52,290 bases of DNA from Catajapyx aquilonaris (taxonomy: Eukaryota): assembly GCA_000934665.2 (NCBI GenBank), contig JYFJ02002710.1:1-52290 (forward strand), in the 5' to 3' direction. How positions within the stretch are numbered: position 1 is the first letter of the stretch; each line of letters opens with the position of its first letter. The notes under the pieces were generated by a model. It did not search any database, was not told the origin of the DNA, and saw only the letters and a list, made by a program, of their open reading frames with translations. The position numbers and the translations under genes are program-made. Positions 1 through 13,660 of the stretch are shown in pieces.

Positions 1-100
1 TATTGAATTATTTGGGACAAAAAGGGGACAAATTGAAACTCACTTCACACAAACTCGGGCCACACTCAAAAATATTCACTCCAAACACACATCAATAACA

Positions 101-466
101 ATGTCGGACTATGAGGCCTGCACCAGTTATGGAAGCGAACTGCTCTTGTCTGTGCCCTGGAACCAACGGGCCATTCGAATGAGGATGTTTGTTGACCCTG
201 CTGTTGACTACTCCTTGGTTGTCCTGGGCAACCTGCCAGAAGTTCAATTGTTTCACTTTGGGAGGGGGGGATTTGGTTTAGAACGCGAGGGACGAAGGAG
301 AATCCTTACCTCTGGTTGTTTACAGCTCTGTAGGGTCATGGAAACAGATGGAACAACAATGGGAAAGGGAAAAACCCGGTTTTTTGGGGGGAGGGCTTTT
401 TATACTCGACGAAATGCGGTGTTTGGACTTTTCCCGGGGTCAGTGATATATAAGACATGGCTGTGA
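101..466 (+). CDS. Possible single-exon 121-aa ORF, unknown product
   Basis: ATG in ACAATG context after an A/C-rich leader; downstream AATAAA (~666) sits in a tract resembling the ankyrin gene 3' end (~5305-5350). No recognisable domain. Confidence 0.25.
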   Translation: MSDYEACTSYGSELLLSVPWNQRAIRMRMFVDPAVDYSLVVLGNLPEVQLFHFGRGGFGLEREGRRRILTSGCLQLCRVMETDGTTMGKGKTRFFGGRAFYTRRNAVFGLFPGSVIYKTWL

Positions 467-2324
467 GAAATCTGAGCGCTCTCCGTACCCGGGAAGTGGC
501 TTAATTAGGCGTGATAAATAAATGTACAAATTTTGAGCTTTATATATATGGGGATGGTTTAATTTTGTATAAATGCCTGTTGCAATATGTGACCATATTT
601 TTATGACCTCACAAGTCAAATAAGTACCATGTGTTTTTATACATGCTTATTATGCCTATTAAAGCAATAAATATTATTTTGGCCACATGTAAAAAGCTTT
701 CATTTCATCAACAGAAAGCATACAATATAATTAAATAATCAAATTATTATTGAAACCGTTATTTAAGCCATGTGAGCAACATGGATGATCTGAAAATACA
801 CAAGTTTCACTGCATAAAATGCATATTGTTGTTAATATTATTATCATAAAGATTTCCAAATACGGTATTGCCTTTGCCGAATACAGGGCTGGGCAACTGG
901 TTGAAGATGAGTCCTGGTGGGCCCTGTCCATTGCCGCTGTGGTGGTCAAGGGCCGTGGTGAAGGCAGTGATTCAGAAGTGCCTTTTCTGGTCGGCCTGAA
1001 GCCCAGTCACATTACATGCAGCATCGTTTCTAACGCTCTCTCCCTCTTGTAAGATGAATCTCATGTCAGGAAATTCAGCTCATTGCTGCGTATGCTGGTC
1101 AATTACTGTGACAACTGGCTGTAATAATGACACTGTATTCTTGTGTATGTCCTTAAGTGTCCCAATCATGCCAAATCCCACTGCCAAAGGGAATGTCTTT
1201 AGCAGGCACATCTATACAGAACCAGTTTTATTTTTAAATGTGACAATCACTTTTTTAAGGAATGTTGTAACATTACGGTCGGGATCAAATGTTTGGCATT
1301 TACTGCAGTTATGCTCAATGACATCATGTTCTAAGCATGCCGGCAGTTTGCAACCCGAGTAATGTCACAATGGCAATAATATCAACTCCGATGGAATATT
1401 CAGACATGATGCAAGAGTTTCCTTTTTTCTTGCGTCAATAAGCACCTCATAAGGGCCATGTTATAAGAGCCCCCGTTTTGTATTAATGCTCGTTACATTG
1501 CTCTGTCATATTTTATGAACTTGTCACAAATGAATTATTAAGTTTTACATATTGTTTATGTCTGTCAAAGGAATAAATGTGTTGGTGATAATACTTGCAG
1601 ATGTACTTGATTCATTTATTGAACTTTTAGTTGCATATGATGCGAAATATAGAGCGCAAATAGTATGTGTTTCATATGGTTAATTGTGGGTGTTACTGGT
1701 TAACTTTTAAGTAAATCATTTTGTTACTAGTTCAGTATATGTATTTTTACTGACCTTGATATGTAAAGCGGCAACTGCTCAGCAAGGGTCGTGGCTTCGG
1801 AACATCACGTAAATTTGATGAGACGAAACCATTCCACCAACTAGATCCTGAATGTCATTTCTTGCATAGTTAATTAAGTCTGGTAATTCGTCGCATTAAA
1901 AAAATTGTTAAATATATTCCTAGTTGCTTAGAACCGTTTTTTTAGGTGTGATGATGATGGCTCATCACCCAATACAATAGCTAGGTATTAGAAGGGAATT
2001 ATCAGCGGAATTATCACATTTCCAAGTGACGACGGATGCTCGGTACGTGTCACAAGATTACCTTGTCTTAACAGACAGGTACATGGAATTGTATCAAACA
2101 AACTTTTATCTGCAATGTCATATTTCTCATAAAGTTAATTAGTAAAATAGCTCTTGGTAAAATTAGTCAAAGAATTGATTGATCTAGTTTTAATTGTGTA
2201 GAGCAGTTTTGTGTGTGCGTCACGAGACGCTCTGTTATCTTTCTTATCACTTCGGATGTGTTGACACCTGATTGCCCCCTCTATTGTTCCAGCCATTTAC
2301 AAGTTATTGCTCCAGGGAATCACC

Positions 2325-5168
2325 ATGGCTGGGCTCTCCACAGGACATATGGATCCCTTCAGATCTGTTGATTTGAGTACGGTGGAAGGTCAGGCTGATC
2401 AGCATGGTACACCAGAGAACATACACTACTTGCCATTTCCACATGGAACCGAGGATCCAGCCGCAATACTGTTGCGGGATGTGATCGAGTCCAGGGGTTG
2501 CTGGACTGGCATAGATCAAGTATATATCGTGGAGGTCTTGCTCCGCTCCATTCGTGCAGGGAATCTGGACTTAATGAACTGGGTGCTCTGTGGCGCCCGC
2601 ATCTCTGGGATCAATCTGGCGGATCAACCAGATGGGGAGAAGGGGTTAATCCATGAGGTGGCGTGGACTGGGCGTGTTGACATGTGCGAGGCACTCCTCG
2701 ACGCTGGTGCCAGGGTCAGGGCCAAGGATCAGTTTTGGGAAGAGCCCATCCACTGGGCCGTGCGTGGAGGACATCAGGAGATGCTGAGGTTTCTCGTGGA
2801 CAAAGGTGCTGACCTGGAGGCAACAGGGTGGCTATACAGGACCCCTTTGCATTTTGCGGCCAGTCTTGGAGATTGTGACATTGCTTGCTTTCTGCTGGAA
2901 CGAGGAGCAAATCATCTTGCTAGAGACTTGATTGGCAACACCCCCTTGGACTTGGCAAAGGAGAATGATGAATATGAAGTTCATGAGCTAATCCTTATGG
3001 TATGTTGGTATGTTTGATGGTAACCTGTCACTCACATGCACTGTGGTTGTAAGACAAGTCGATAGTATGGGAAGGGTAAGGGAAGGGAAAGGATGGCAAG
3101 TTTTATTGAGGCCAGACTGATAATCTCAACTTATCATCATTACAGTCTAAAGTGCGGAAAACCAAACGGCGATCTGATGCCATCATTTCTTCCATTGTTG
3201 CTTTTTTGTTGCTACTGTTCACTCATATTGTTCTGTGAGGGTATTTCCATGGAAACCTTGATGACGTCAGATCACCGTTTCGTTTTCCGCACTGTATGCT
3301 ATTCTTCATGGAGCTATATTATTTTGTCTGGATGATTTGTCTTACGACCAAGTGCATCCCCTTTAGTGGATCATGACAAGTGTCAGCTACACTGTATTAC
3401 GGGAAGCTGAACTGAGAGTGCTTTATAACTCCACAGGCTGAGCGTGTGAGGTTGGGGAGAGCACAACATCCTGAGAGAGCGGCTGATCCTATTTATCAGC
3501 GTGATGAACCAAAGGAGGCATACCCCAAGTTGTTTCCGCTAGGTACCTATGAGCAGGTCACAAGAAAGCTGCAGGATGTGATGGACTCCATGGATACCTG
3601 GAGTGGCTTAGAGCAGGACCTTCTCCTGCAAGCACTGCGCCAGTTCATTCAAGAAGAGAATGTGGTCGAAACAGAATGGCTGCTCAGGAGCTGCCTGAGC
3701 TCCGGGAAGTTTCTAGCAGATAAACCGGATGGGAAGGAGGGTTTGATCCATGTGGTGACTCGGACAGAGCATGTCCAACTGTGTCAAATGCTAATCAAAG
3801 GTGGTGCCAGGGTGAGGGCCAAGGATGAGTGGGGAGACGAGCCCATCCACTGTGCTGTTGAGGGAAGACACCAGGAGATGGTGCAGTGTCTCCTGGACAA
3901 TGGAGCTGACCTGGAAGCGAAAGGGGATAATGGCTGGACCTCTTTGCATGTTGCGGCCATGCTTGGGGATTATGACTTAGCTCACTTTCTGCTGGAACAA
4001 GGTGCAGATTATCTTGCAAGCGACATTAAGGGCCGTACCCCCTACGACTTGGCAAGGGAGGAATATGATGATGTTGCTAAGCTCTTCCTGGTTAGTATGT
4101 TTCATCATAACCTGGCACTTATACATACACTGTGGTTATAAGACATGTTGACTGATCATGTAAAAGCAGGGCTTACGAAACTGTTGGTCGTGAACTTAAT
4201 ATTTGGGGTTGCAAGGAAGGGTAAGAAAATTAATTATTTTCTCAAAATTATTCGATTCCTCTTGAAAATTATGGCCATAAGTTACAGAACAATTCAGATA
4301 CTTGACAATATAGTTGTCAGTGATTTTTATTTTACTGTTTACCAGACTTTTCATGTTGGGAAATGGAAATTTGCACATCTGAGGGGGGGGTTGCGAATTT
4401 CACGAGACAATTTTTTGGGGTTATTGCCAACGAAAAAGATTGGGAAGCACTATATACTGTTGTGAAGGGTAAGCGGTTGAATGGCAAGTTGTGGGACCCG
4501 ACTGATAGTCTCAGCTCGACACCATTTCCAGCCATGGTGTCCTTTATGGAGAAATATTTGTATAGTCGGGATGATTTTTAAGTGCTTGTCCCTTTACCCT
4601 TTAGTTGATCATCATGACGAGTGTCAACAAGTATGAGAAGCTGATGACTATTCACCTAAATGAGCGTGCCTGAACTCCACAGGAATGGCATGTGAGGCAG
4701 CGGAGAGCCCAACATGCTGCGATAGAGTCTGAGGAGGACCCCTTGCTTTCTCCTTCTGGTGACGCATCCTCATCTTACAACTGCATCGACATCGGAGGAC
4801 CCTGGTACGAGAGGAGGTTCAGACTCAGGCGGGAATCCTGGTGGACTGCTGTGCTCTGGGTGTGTCGGTGGTTGATTTCCTGGTTGGCCGGATGGGTTTC
4901 CACGAAGGTGAAGGAGTGGTGGAGATCAAGGTGGACCCGCAAGTTTTGGAAGGATTTAGCTGTGGAAGTTGGAGTTGACTCAATTGGAGCCTTTGTTGGC
5001 TACGTGATTGGGGAACTGATGGGAGACAAAACTTGGGCGACCATGGTCGTGGGTGTCGTCGTGGTCAGGATTGTGAAAGGAGTGATCCAGCGGTGCTTTT
5101 GCTGGTCGGATGAATCTCCTTCCACTGGAGGCCGTCCTCTCCCTGGTGTAGATCTCCACCAGCCATGA
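2325..5168 (+). CDS. Ankyrin-repeat protein with C-terminal hydrophobic segments, ~604 aa; exons 2325-2999, 3437-4090, 4683-5168
   Basis: Ankyrin motifs (EPIHWAVRGGH, RTPLHFAASLG, GNTPLDLA; second set EPIHCAVEGRH, GWTSLHVAAMLG, GRTPYDLA). Both GT-AG introns are phase 0 and keep the frame. Exon 3 has Trp-rich and Val/Gly-rich hydrophobic stretches. AATAAA at ~5344. Confidence 0.8.
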
Positions 5169-5502
5169 AGAGTATGTAGGTCAATAATATGGGTGTGTGC
5201 ATAGGTCAATTACTGTGATAACTACCTGTAGGGTGTAGCGGTAGACTAATTATGTTTTTTTACGTACCGTGCCGGTACATGCTTTTTTACGTACCGTACT
5301 TGGTTATGTTTTTTTACATGCTCATTATGCAACCTATGAAAGCAATAAAGTTCATCCACAGCATCCACAGTCCAAATAAATCGTCATTAAAATTTAATTA
5401 ATATTCGAATCCAGCGCAAATTGAGTGACAGCGCCTCTATCGGCAGGAACTGGCACTAAATAAAAAAGGCGGACCAACAACCTCAACACTCAATACAAGT
5501 TG

Positions 5503-5551
5503 ACGCATGCGCAAGTAGCTACTTCAATATTCAAGCCAACGCGCATGCGCA
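5503..5551. promoter_or_regulatory. Two NRF1/Erect-wing-type GCGCATGCGC sites, likely promoter of the zinc-finger gene
   Basis: ACGCATGCGCA at 5503-5513 and the perfect palindrome GCGCATGCGC at 5541-5550, upstream of GC-richer putative 5' UTR exons. Confidence 0.5.
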
Positions 5552-6502
5552 CCGTGGCAGTGCACCGTGACTGTTCAAACCCCCTGGCCTTGCCTCTTTG
5601 GAACCCAAGATGGAAGCTCGTTTCGAGAGGAACTTGAAGGAGCGTTGGGCAGGTACTGTGTGACCCTCCGGCACCCAGAGCCTCTGGGTACTCCAACTGG
5701 GTCAGGGAGGGTGCCGTGGGACTGGGAGGGAACAGCTCAATTTGTGTGCAAGGCACCCCATGTTCTATTTCCTTCCTTCCTTCCTTCAGGCTGGATCAGC
5801 CCCAGCCGCACTCGTGGAACATCAGGTCATCTCTACATCATCCGGTGGACACCGCTGATGAATTAGTGCGGGTGGGTATCCCTCCACGGAAGACATCAGA
5901 TTGTTCTCTCGTTGTCCGTGGATATAGCAATGTAATTGCTCTGCTAATCAGGATTAATTTAACCGTCATATGTATAGTACAAAGACTAATTGCAACCTTA
6001 TGCTTCGAATGGTTCTGAGAAGCTGAAATAATGATTGCATAGAGAGATTTGGTATTACGACTATTTGAGGAGGGAGGAATGTGAGCTACGAGGATGAGGA
6101 AGGAAGTTGCAAAAGTGCTGACCACATAGAATCATTGTGAATAGAGTAACAGCTGGTAATGCTTTCTGGGTCATAGAAGAAAGCGAGATAACTGCATTCC
6201 CAGAACCACTTCATTGTTACGGACCTGGTCTGCCCTGTTGTTTATCGGCTTATGTAATGCTGCGGTTATCTGCTGTGTCATTACTATTTGGAAGCAGGCT
6301 GTGGAATTTGTAACATGATGACTAAACATGGTGATTGCACCGAGTGGCACTGCGCTCGTGCAATCTGATAATCCAGTTGCATGTAATACGTTGCAGTACA
6401 AAAACGCATTTGCTGATTAAAAAAAAAAAAATCATGACTTTCAGGAGCTGTAATTAGTCCACATGATTAATGAGATTATTTTGCAGATGACTTCCGGTTG
6501 AT

Positions 6503-8647
6503 ATGATGGACGGAACGCTAATGATGATTGAGGTGAAGCCGGAGCTTGACCTTGACCTCGAGTATGAAGAAGTGGACGAGGACCAGTTCGAGTCCTTTGT
6601 CCAGTGTCAGTTATGTCAAGCCTGGTGCCAAGATACCGACACGTTGCAGGCCCACGTGACGTTCGCTCATCGGACAGCGGACGAGGTATATGCCAGCATG
6701 CATTCAACCAGATTCTAGTACGCTAATGTATTATTATAATTGCAGAAAGTTGCGGCAACACAATCGTCGGACTCGGGTTGCAGCAGTGACGCTGCGGAGT
6801 TGACGGACGGTATTAGTGAGCGTCTCCTTTGCAGTATTTGCTGTGACTCGTTTAACTCAAATGCGGAACTCAGTAGTCACCTCGCCGAGGGGACATGCAC
6901 TAAACCAGTGATGTGCCGGAGATGCCACGGTGTGTTTCAGACTGCTATGGAACTCGATTCGCATGCATGCCAGCCGTTATCGCCACCAAGCGAAGTAGAA
7001 TTTAATGGGGTTAAAATAAAGGAAGAGCAGGACGAATTGGAAGAGCCATTAAACTTGGCCGATAAAGCAGTGGAGATAAAGCAGGAGCTGGATGAATTGA
7101 TCGCTGAAGTGAAGCAGGATAGCGTAGAATTAGAGTCGAATCATGGGGTGTCCAAGGTCGATATTGACGGCTTGGAATCACAGTCGAGTGTGTGCCCCAA
7201 TTTGGGTAAGAGTACGCAAGATGTGAGCAAGTCAAATTCAGCAACAGTGGGCCGTGTGGATGGTACAAGTTTGGAAAGTGTCGATGCGAATGTAAGTGCC
7301 CGCTCGTGCAACACATGCGGTTCACGCCTGGTGTCCGAGGATGAGATCGGTCTCCACAGCCGTAAAGCAACATGCGAGGGCGACATCGCCTGCAACCAGT
7401 GCAGCCAAGTGATCTGCGAATGTCCCAAGCACTGCCTGTGTCCGTGTGGCGCGAGGTTTGGAAACGAGATGGCCGTCTGGAAGCATCTGAAAGCCTGCGA
7501 GGTAGCGACGAACTTGTACGGGCTGCCATATTGCAACGTTTGCCACAAGAACTTTAAGAGCAAGAAGGAGAAAGAGGACCACACATGCGGACGCGATAAC
7601 AGGTGCGGTTACATCATTGCCAATTATGCGCAACTGTTAGTGGCATAAGCAATCAGGAGGAAAGACATGCGGGAAGTCCCTGCTCTTTCCTCTTGATTAG
7701 CATCCTGTGGGGAATTCCCTCAGAAAGATTTGGTAATCGGTCTGAGAATTTGTTTTTGATTATGTGTCGGTCCTTTCTAGCACCCATTGCTGCCAGTTCT
7801 GCCCGCAAAGGTTTGAGACCGCGGAGGAACTCAAGTCTCACTCGGTTAACCACAGCTTCAAGTGCCACGAGTGCCACAAGACCTACTCGTCTAAGGGGCG
7901 GCTCAGTCGGCATTTTCTGGTCCATCTGCGGAAAACGTACCGGTAAGTGTGCGGAAGCTGGCGAGATATCGTTTCATTACATCGAGAGTTGCCCACAGGT
8001 GCCAGAAATGCCCGAAGGATTTCCGGTCCCAGTCGCAGCTTGAGATCCACGAGTGGTTTCATGAGAGGGACAAAAAGGGGAAGGTTGTGGTGTCCGAAAA
8101 AAAGAAGGAGGAGCTTATGACTCCAGTTGCCAGCCTGATTGTTGCCAACATGGTGGGTACATGCGATTCACGTATTGAATCTGAATGTGACTTGTTGCCT
8201 TCCGTGCAGAAAAAGATAGCGCCGAATCCTAACCCATCAGGCATACCAGTCATCTATACCACATCCAGTTCCTCAAGCATCTTGCAGTATGCCATCCAGC
8301 CCAAGCTCGTCCCGCTTGCGCCCGCACCAAGCACCGAATGCCTCAAAGAGCAGCGGCAGAATTTCAAGGCGTACAAGCGGTTCATCAAGTCCTTCAAGTG
8401 TGACTTCTGCCCCAAAACGTTCTACCAACGATGCCAGATGGTGAACCACAGGCGAGTGCACACTGGTGAGAAGCCGTTCGAATGCCGATTCTGCGGGAAG
8501 AAGTTTCCGTGGAAGAGCAGCGCAATCATACACGAGAGGCTGCACAAAAATGAGAATCCGTTCTCGTGTAAGTGCTGCGGAAGGTACTTTGAGGACAAGG
8601 ATGCGTTACAGACGCATCATGAGACATGTCCGCGCCTGGCCAGATAA
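6503..8647 (+). CDS. C2H2 zinc-finger protein, ~616 aa; exons 6503-6685, 6746-7602, 7781-7942, 7999-8647 (a further in-frame ~57-nt intron near 8154-8210 is possible)
   Basis: Multiple CxxC...HxxxH/C fingers, canonical HTGEKPF linker, GT-AG junctions with compatible phases (total 1851 nt); in-frame TGA at 6488 lies upstream of the ATG. Confidence 0.85.
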
Positions 8648-9855
8648 TAGTGCCGAAGACAGGTAAAACTCTGGGTGACACCGCAGCTGTGGAGGATAAT
8701 TACGATAGAACTAGATAAAACCTCTCGAGTGGCACTGTAAAAGCCACTTTAGGTACACAATAATACGCAAAATGTAATTTCGAAACAAATCAGTCGACGC
8801 ATCCGATACCGCTTGTGATATGAAATGCATCACATAGTATGTAACGAGTGATTTCGTCATGCTCTTTGTGATAATTGCGCTCATATGATTTTACCCGAGA
8901 TCGATCGTGCTTGTCTAGTGTAGCTGTAAGCATAACGACAAAATAATTGCAAGTGTGGGCTAATTAAATTGCCCCTGATGGTAGCCTTTAGTAATGACAT
9001 CGCGACTATTCCTTACCGTAATTAATGCTGTGTTTTCAGGTGACTTAGTCGTAGATCACTTGTTATGGTGTGTTTCAGGTGGGTCCAAAAAAAAATGTTT
9101 TATTGTTTTATGTATTTAGCATTTAGTTTTTGTGTTTAATTTCACATGTTGTAACCTCAAGTGGCTAACTAGCGAGAAGAATCTGGAAGCAGGCTGTCAT
9201 AAAAACATGTTCGAACCAGTATGAGCAACTACGTACGAGCACAAATCAATCAGTACTGTTGTATTACGTAAGCTTCTCTGTAATGAGCCCACACTTTTTC
9301 CGTTCTAATTACAAGAGTCGTAACAACACAACTGATTGATTTGAACTTGTAATTTGGGATGTCATTTCCCGACTCTCACATTCAGGTAACAACACCACTT
9401 AGTACAAAATCCGTTGTCTTAATAACGATTTTTTTTTTTGGGTTGTATCGAAAAGCATGACCTCATCTTTTTTTTTTTTTGTACAACTCCCAGATCTCGT
9501 TGTTGGCATAATTTCAGTGTAATAAATCAGGGCGAATAAGGTTTAATTGCCAGACATCACATTGGGGTTTTTAAAAATATGTACTGTGTGAAAGTAATGT
9601 GGAAAATATAGCGTGATTGAGACATTGTGTTTGCTGTATTTTGCGATTGATGTAGGCAGGCTGTTGGGGGAAAATTATTAAGTTATTTTGAGTCAACAAG
9701 GACACTCGTATCATCGACTTGTTTATTTCGATTGATAAAATAATAGCATGATCAACCCGTTGTCATTTGCCCTCGTAACTGCTTGCGGAAATATTCAATC
9801 AAGGCACATTAGGAACTTGCGCAAACCCCCTTTTTTTGAAACGCTAAAAGCCTCT

Positions 9856-12800
9856 TTAGGCGACTCCGATGACCCCGCAGCCAACCCTGGCCCCAGCGTT
9901 GCCGTTGATCTTGGAGGCTGGATTTCCTCCCCTTCCCAGGTCGTCCCTCTTTGCATGTATGACCAGAGCACGTCCCAGGATGTTGCGTGTGCCAACCAGA
10001 GAGATGACATTATCCGAGAAGTCCAGCTGGACCACACCGTCGCTCCCTGCCTCAACATTACCCAGGTCACCCACATGGCGCTGGCTGTCAGTGGGAGCCC
10101 CATGAGGTTGCTGAAAATGGCACAAGTGATGAGACGGATTAATAATCATTGCATATTGTTACTACTTATTAAGCAGCTTTGTTCCAAAAAAAAAATAGCT
10201 GATTTGAATAATATATTCACTTGTAAGACTCGACAGGTATGATGAAAATCCATGCGAACATTCGCATGAATCCCATGCAAATCTGTTGCTCGAATCATGA
10301 CAGCAAATCCTGTAAATCTCGGCATGAGTCCCATGCGAATCCAATAAATCTTTTGCTCGAATCACGACATCAAATCATGTAAATCTCTCCATGAATCCCA
10401 TGCGAATCCAATAAATCTGGTGCCCAATTGACCTTTGGATAAGACCTGACCCTGAAACATGTGGGTCTCAATTTTTACTTAATTTAATATAAATATTATC
10501 TATATAAATTATACATTACAATTATATAAATACTATAATTATATTATCTAATTATAATTATATTTATTCTAATTTATACAATAATATAATAAATTTAGAT
10601 ATGCAAAATTTGCTGAGGTCAAAACCAGCTCATTGGCTATTTTGGGCACACCCTGTACGTCTGCATGATGACACCAATATGACTGTATACATACCTGGTG
10701 TGACACAAACATGACCCCATGTGACCTCGGACCCTGTGATGCTAAAAATAACCATTGGATGTGCCGCAGGTGCCCAAACTACTTGTAATAATGAAAAAGA
10801 AAGAAAAAAATCTCCACGTGACCTAAGTAGCCTTAACCTCCTTGCTTTGATGATGACTCTCTTTGGAGAGAGGCTGACTCACAACATGCCGATATTTTTT
10901 TCCTTCTTCTTCTATCTATTTCGGAATTCTCGAGACGAAGAGGTCAATCTACAAAGGTCAAGGGGGAAAGGAGGAGGAGGAGGATTTCGAGAAGAAGAAA
11001 AAAAACAAGCTCACGTTACTCAAGGTCCATCACGACCTAGGTCTTTTAAATATTTTTGCAGATTTAAAATTGAGCTGACTCATATGACTGATTCTGACCA
11101 ATCACTGATCCCGTTACAAGTTAATAATACATATCAATGTAGCAATTTATAGTTACATTATTCCTGTACATTTTATTAATATTAGTTTTCATTAACACCA
11201 GTAATAATAATATATTAGAATCATTGATATATTAGCGGCATAGTAATATTTAAATTCAAATTAAATTAATATTAGAATTATATTAATATCAGTATTCGTA
11301 TTATTTTACTAGTATAGTATTAAATTCAGATTAAATATTGAAGTGATAGTAGTATTATTAATAATGGTATATTAATATCAGTATTAGTATTATACAAGTA
11401 TTGATATCAGTGTTATTATTGATATTCACATTATTAGTATTATACAATTAGTATTGATATCAGTGTTATTATATTATTAATATTCACTATCGTATTAGTA
11501 TTATAGTATTGATATCAGTGTTAGACTTAATGTCAGTGTTGTTAATATTAACACCAAGAGCAATAACGTGAAAATTTCCAACAATTATTGGCAACGCTGC
11601 TATAATTACGCCACAAATATGCAAATTATTGCGGTGAGTCAATTCCGCGTGCTAATTAATATCCTTCCAATAATTCATGAAGCGTGTAATTAATTTGGAG
11701 GCGTTATTTTTATCTCCTTTATTTTTATTTTTAAGCACTTTATTATTTTGGAGACCTCGAGACGGAGAGTGTGTGTGTTATGCGGAAGGACGTTGTGACT
11801 CACTTTTTTTTTTTACCCAGGCTTCCTTCTCCCCCCACGTATAATAATATTCATCGCACATGTTCAATCACCTTTCAATCAACAATATGATTTTTAGTAG
11901 ATGTGACGTGGCCACATGCGTCGTGCATGTCCATTACCGTGTGTATGTGTCACGCCGGAATTTTTGCCAAGAGAAAAATAATAAATAAATAAATTAAGGT
12001 TGCTAGTGCAGGTTGCTGGGGGAAGTGAATCTGCTGGTTGATGACCTTTTAATTATTAATTATTAGTAGGCCTAATCCGGATTTAAATCCAAATCGATCA
12101 ATTCGATGAAATAAAATTAATAGTGAAATAGCTAATAAATTTAAATATTTAATAGTGAAATAGCTAATAAATTTAAATACTTAATAGTGAAATAGCCAAT
12201 AAATTTAAATATTTAATAGTTACCAGTGTATACTAAATTGCTAGTTATAAAATAATAGTTAATAAGTTCAACAGTTAAATTGCTCAATGAAAAGTTACAG
12301 ACGAAATTACTAGCTATTAAATATAATAGTTAATAAGTTTGACAGTTAAATTGCCAAAGTAGTAGCTGCAGAGCAAATTAACTGGCCAGTATAAATCAAA
12401 TTAATAGTTATAAAATAATAGCTAATAAATCTCCCCGACAAATTAATAGTTATATACTAGATTGTTAGTTATGAAACAATAGCTAGTAAATTTGAGCGAA
12501 ATTGTCCAATAAATTAAGTCATACACCAAATTAATAATGTACCAGATTAATGGTTATAAATTAATAGTTAATAAATTTAACAGTTAAATAGGTAAAGCAA
12601 TAGACTATATTGCCAAGTATAGAATAATAGTTAATAGATTCAACAGTTAAACTGCTAAATTAACAGCTATAAATTACATTAACAGTTATAAAATAATAGT
12701 TGCTTCATTTAACAGTTAGATTGTTACTGGTACATTAATAGTTATAAAATAATAGTTATGGTACATTTAACAGTTAAATTGCTACTGGTACACTAATAGT

Positions 12801-13660
12801 TATAAAATAATAGTTAATAGTTAAAACTCATGAGCATCGTCCACGTAGTACCATACCTCTCGCTGGGATTGCACATCCTCCCTCTCTGCACACACTACCG
12901 CCACTGTCAGGGACAATGAATAAGGGCTGATGGTACTATGGACCTTGCTGATGACTCACCCCAGACAAACAGAGGCACAGACTCAAACCAGTTGTATACG
13001 TTTGTGACCTCATAAACCCGGGTCAAATCCGTTCAATTTTAATAGTTTAAACTATAGCTATTTGCAGACGTACGTGTTCTCTCTCTGAGTTCGCGCGACT
13101 TTTCTCAGGGTCCAAGTTGCCTGAGCTCCACCGTCCGGTATACTCACATTGTAAGGGTTGAAGTGTCCTCCTGTACTGTCACACCCACCGGTGACATCCC
13201 CATTCTCATGGACATGGAAGCCATGCTCACCAGCGGTCAGCCCGGTCACGTTCCCCTGGATGGTCACCGGTCCGAAAGGAGGGTCCTCCTGGTGGAACCG
13301 GACCATACCATGTACCGGACCACCGCTGGGGTCAGTCATCACCACAACAGCATCACGGGCATCAAACTGTGGGGATGATAGTACGGGTGGTGTTCAGACG
13401 GGCATGAACAGGTCTGAACCTGGCCATCATACCTGGTATGACGGGAGTAGATAAGCCTCATAGACGTCGCTGATGACATCCGGTATGCCCACTGCCTTCC
13501 TGGCTACCACCACAGGGTAGTCCACGTTCTGCTGGTCCGGTAGGGGTGGCCGAAACGGGTTCTGCTCGGGCACAATTGGCCCCGGGGCGTTGTTTGGATG
13601 GGGCAGGCCCGAGGCCACCACCACCATTGTTGCCAGGAGGGACAGACACTTGTCCATCAT
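9856..13660 (-). CDS. Sod3: Extracellular Cu/Zn superoxide dismutase (SOD3-like), ~233 aa; exons 13660-13433, 13366-13148, 10110-9856
   Basis: Signal peptide [18 protein letters not shown]; metal-ligand motifs [55 protein letters not shown]; phase-0 GT-AG introns. Confidence 0.92.
10245..10420. repeat. Degenerate ~63-bp tandem repeat in SOD intron
   Basis: Recurring GAATCCCATGCGAATCCAATAAATCT and CTCGAATCAYGACA..AAATC..GTAAATCTC blocks. Confidence 0.6.
11150..12820. repeat. AT-rich low-complexity and short-period repeats in SOD intron 2
   Basis: Recurring ATATCAGTRTTA, TTAATAGTGAAATAGCTAATAAATTTAAATA and TAATAGTTATAAAATAATAGTT units. Confidence 0.65.

Noticed and set aside
731..1362. Short ORFs on both strands
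   Set aside because: Composition looks partly coding-like, but I could not build a consistent spliced frame or recognise a domain.
4363..4581. 72-aa ORF within ankyrin intron 2
   Set aside because: No recognisable homology or clear phase-compatible splice pair.
5567..6018. Coding 5' exons for the zinc-finger gene
   Set aside because: Splicing to the acceptor at 6486 meets a stop in all three frames before or out of frame with ATG 6503; more likely 5' UTR exons with uORFs.
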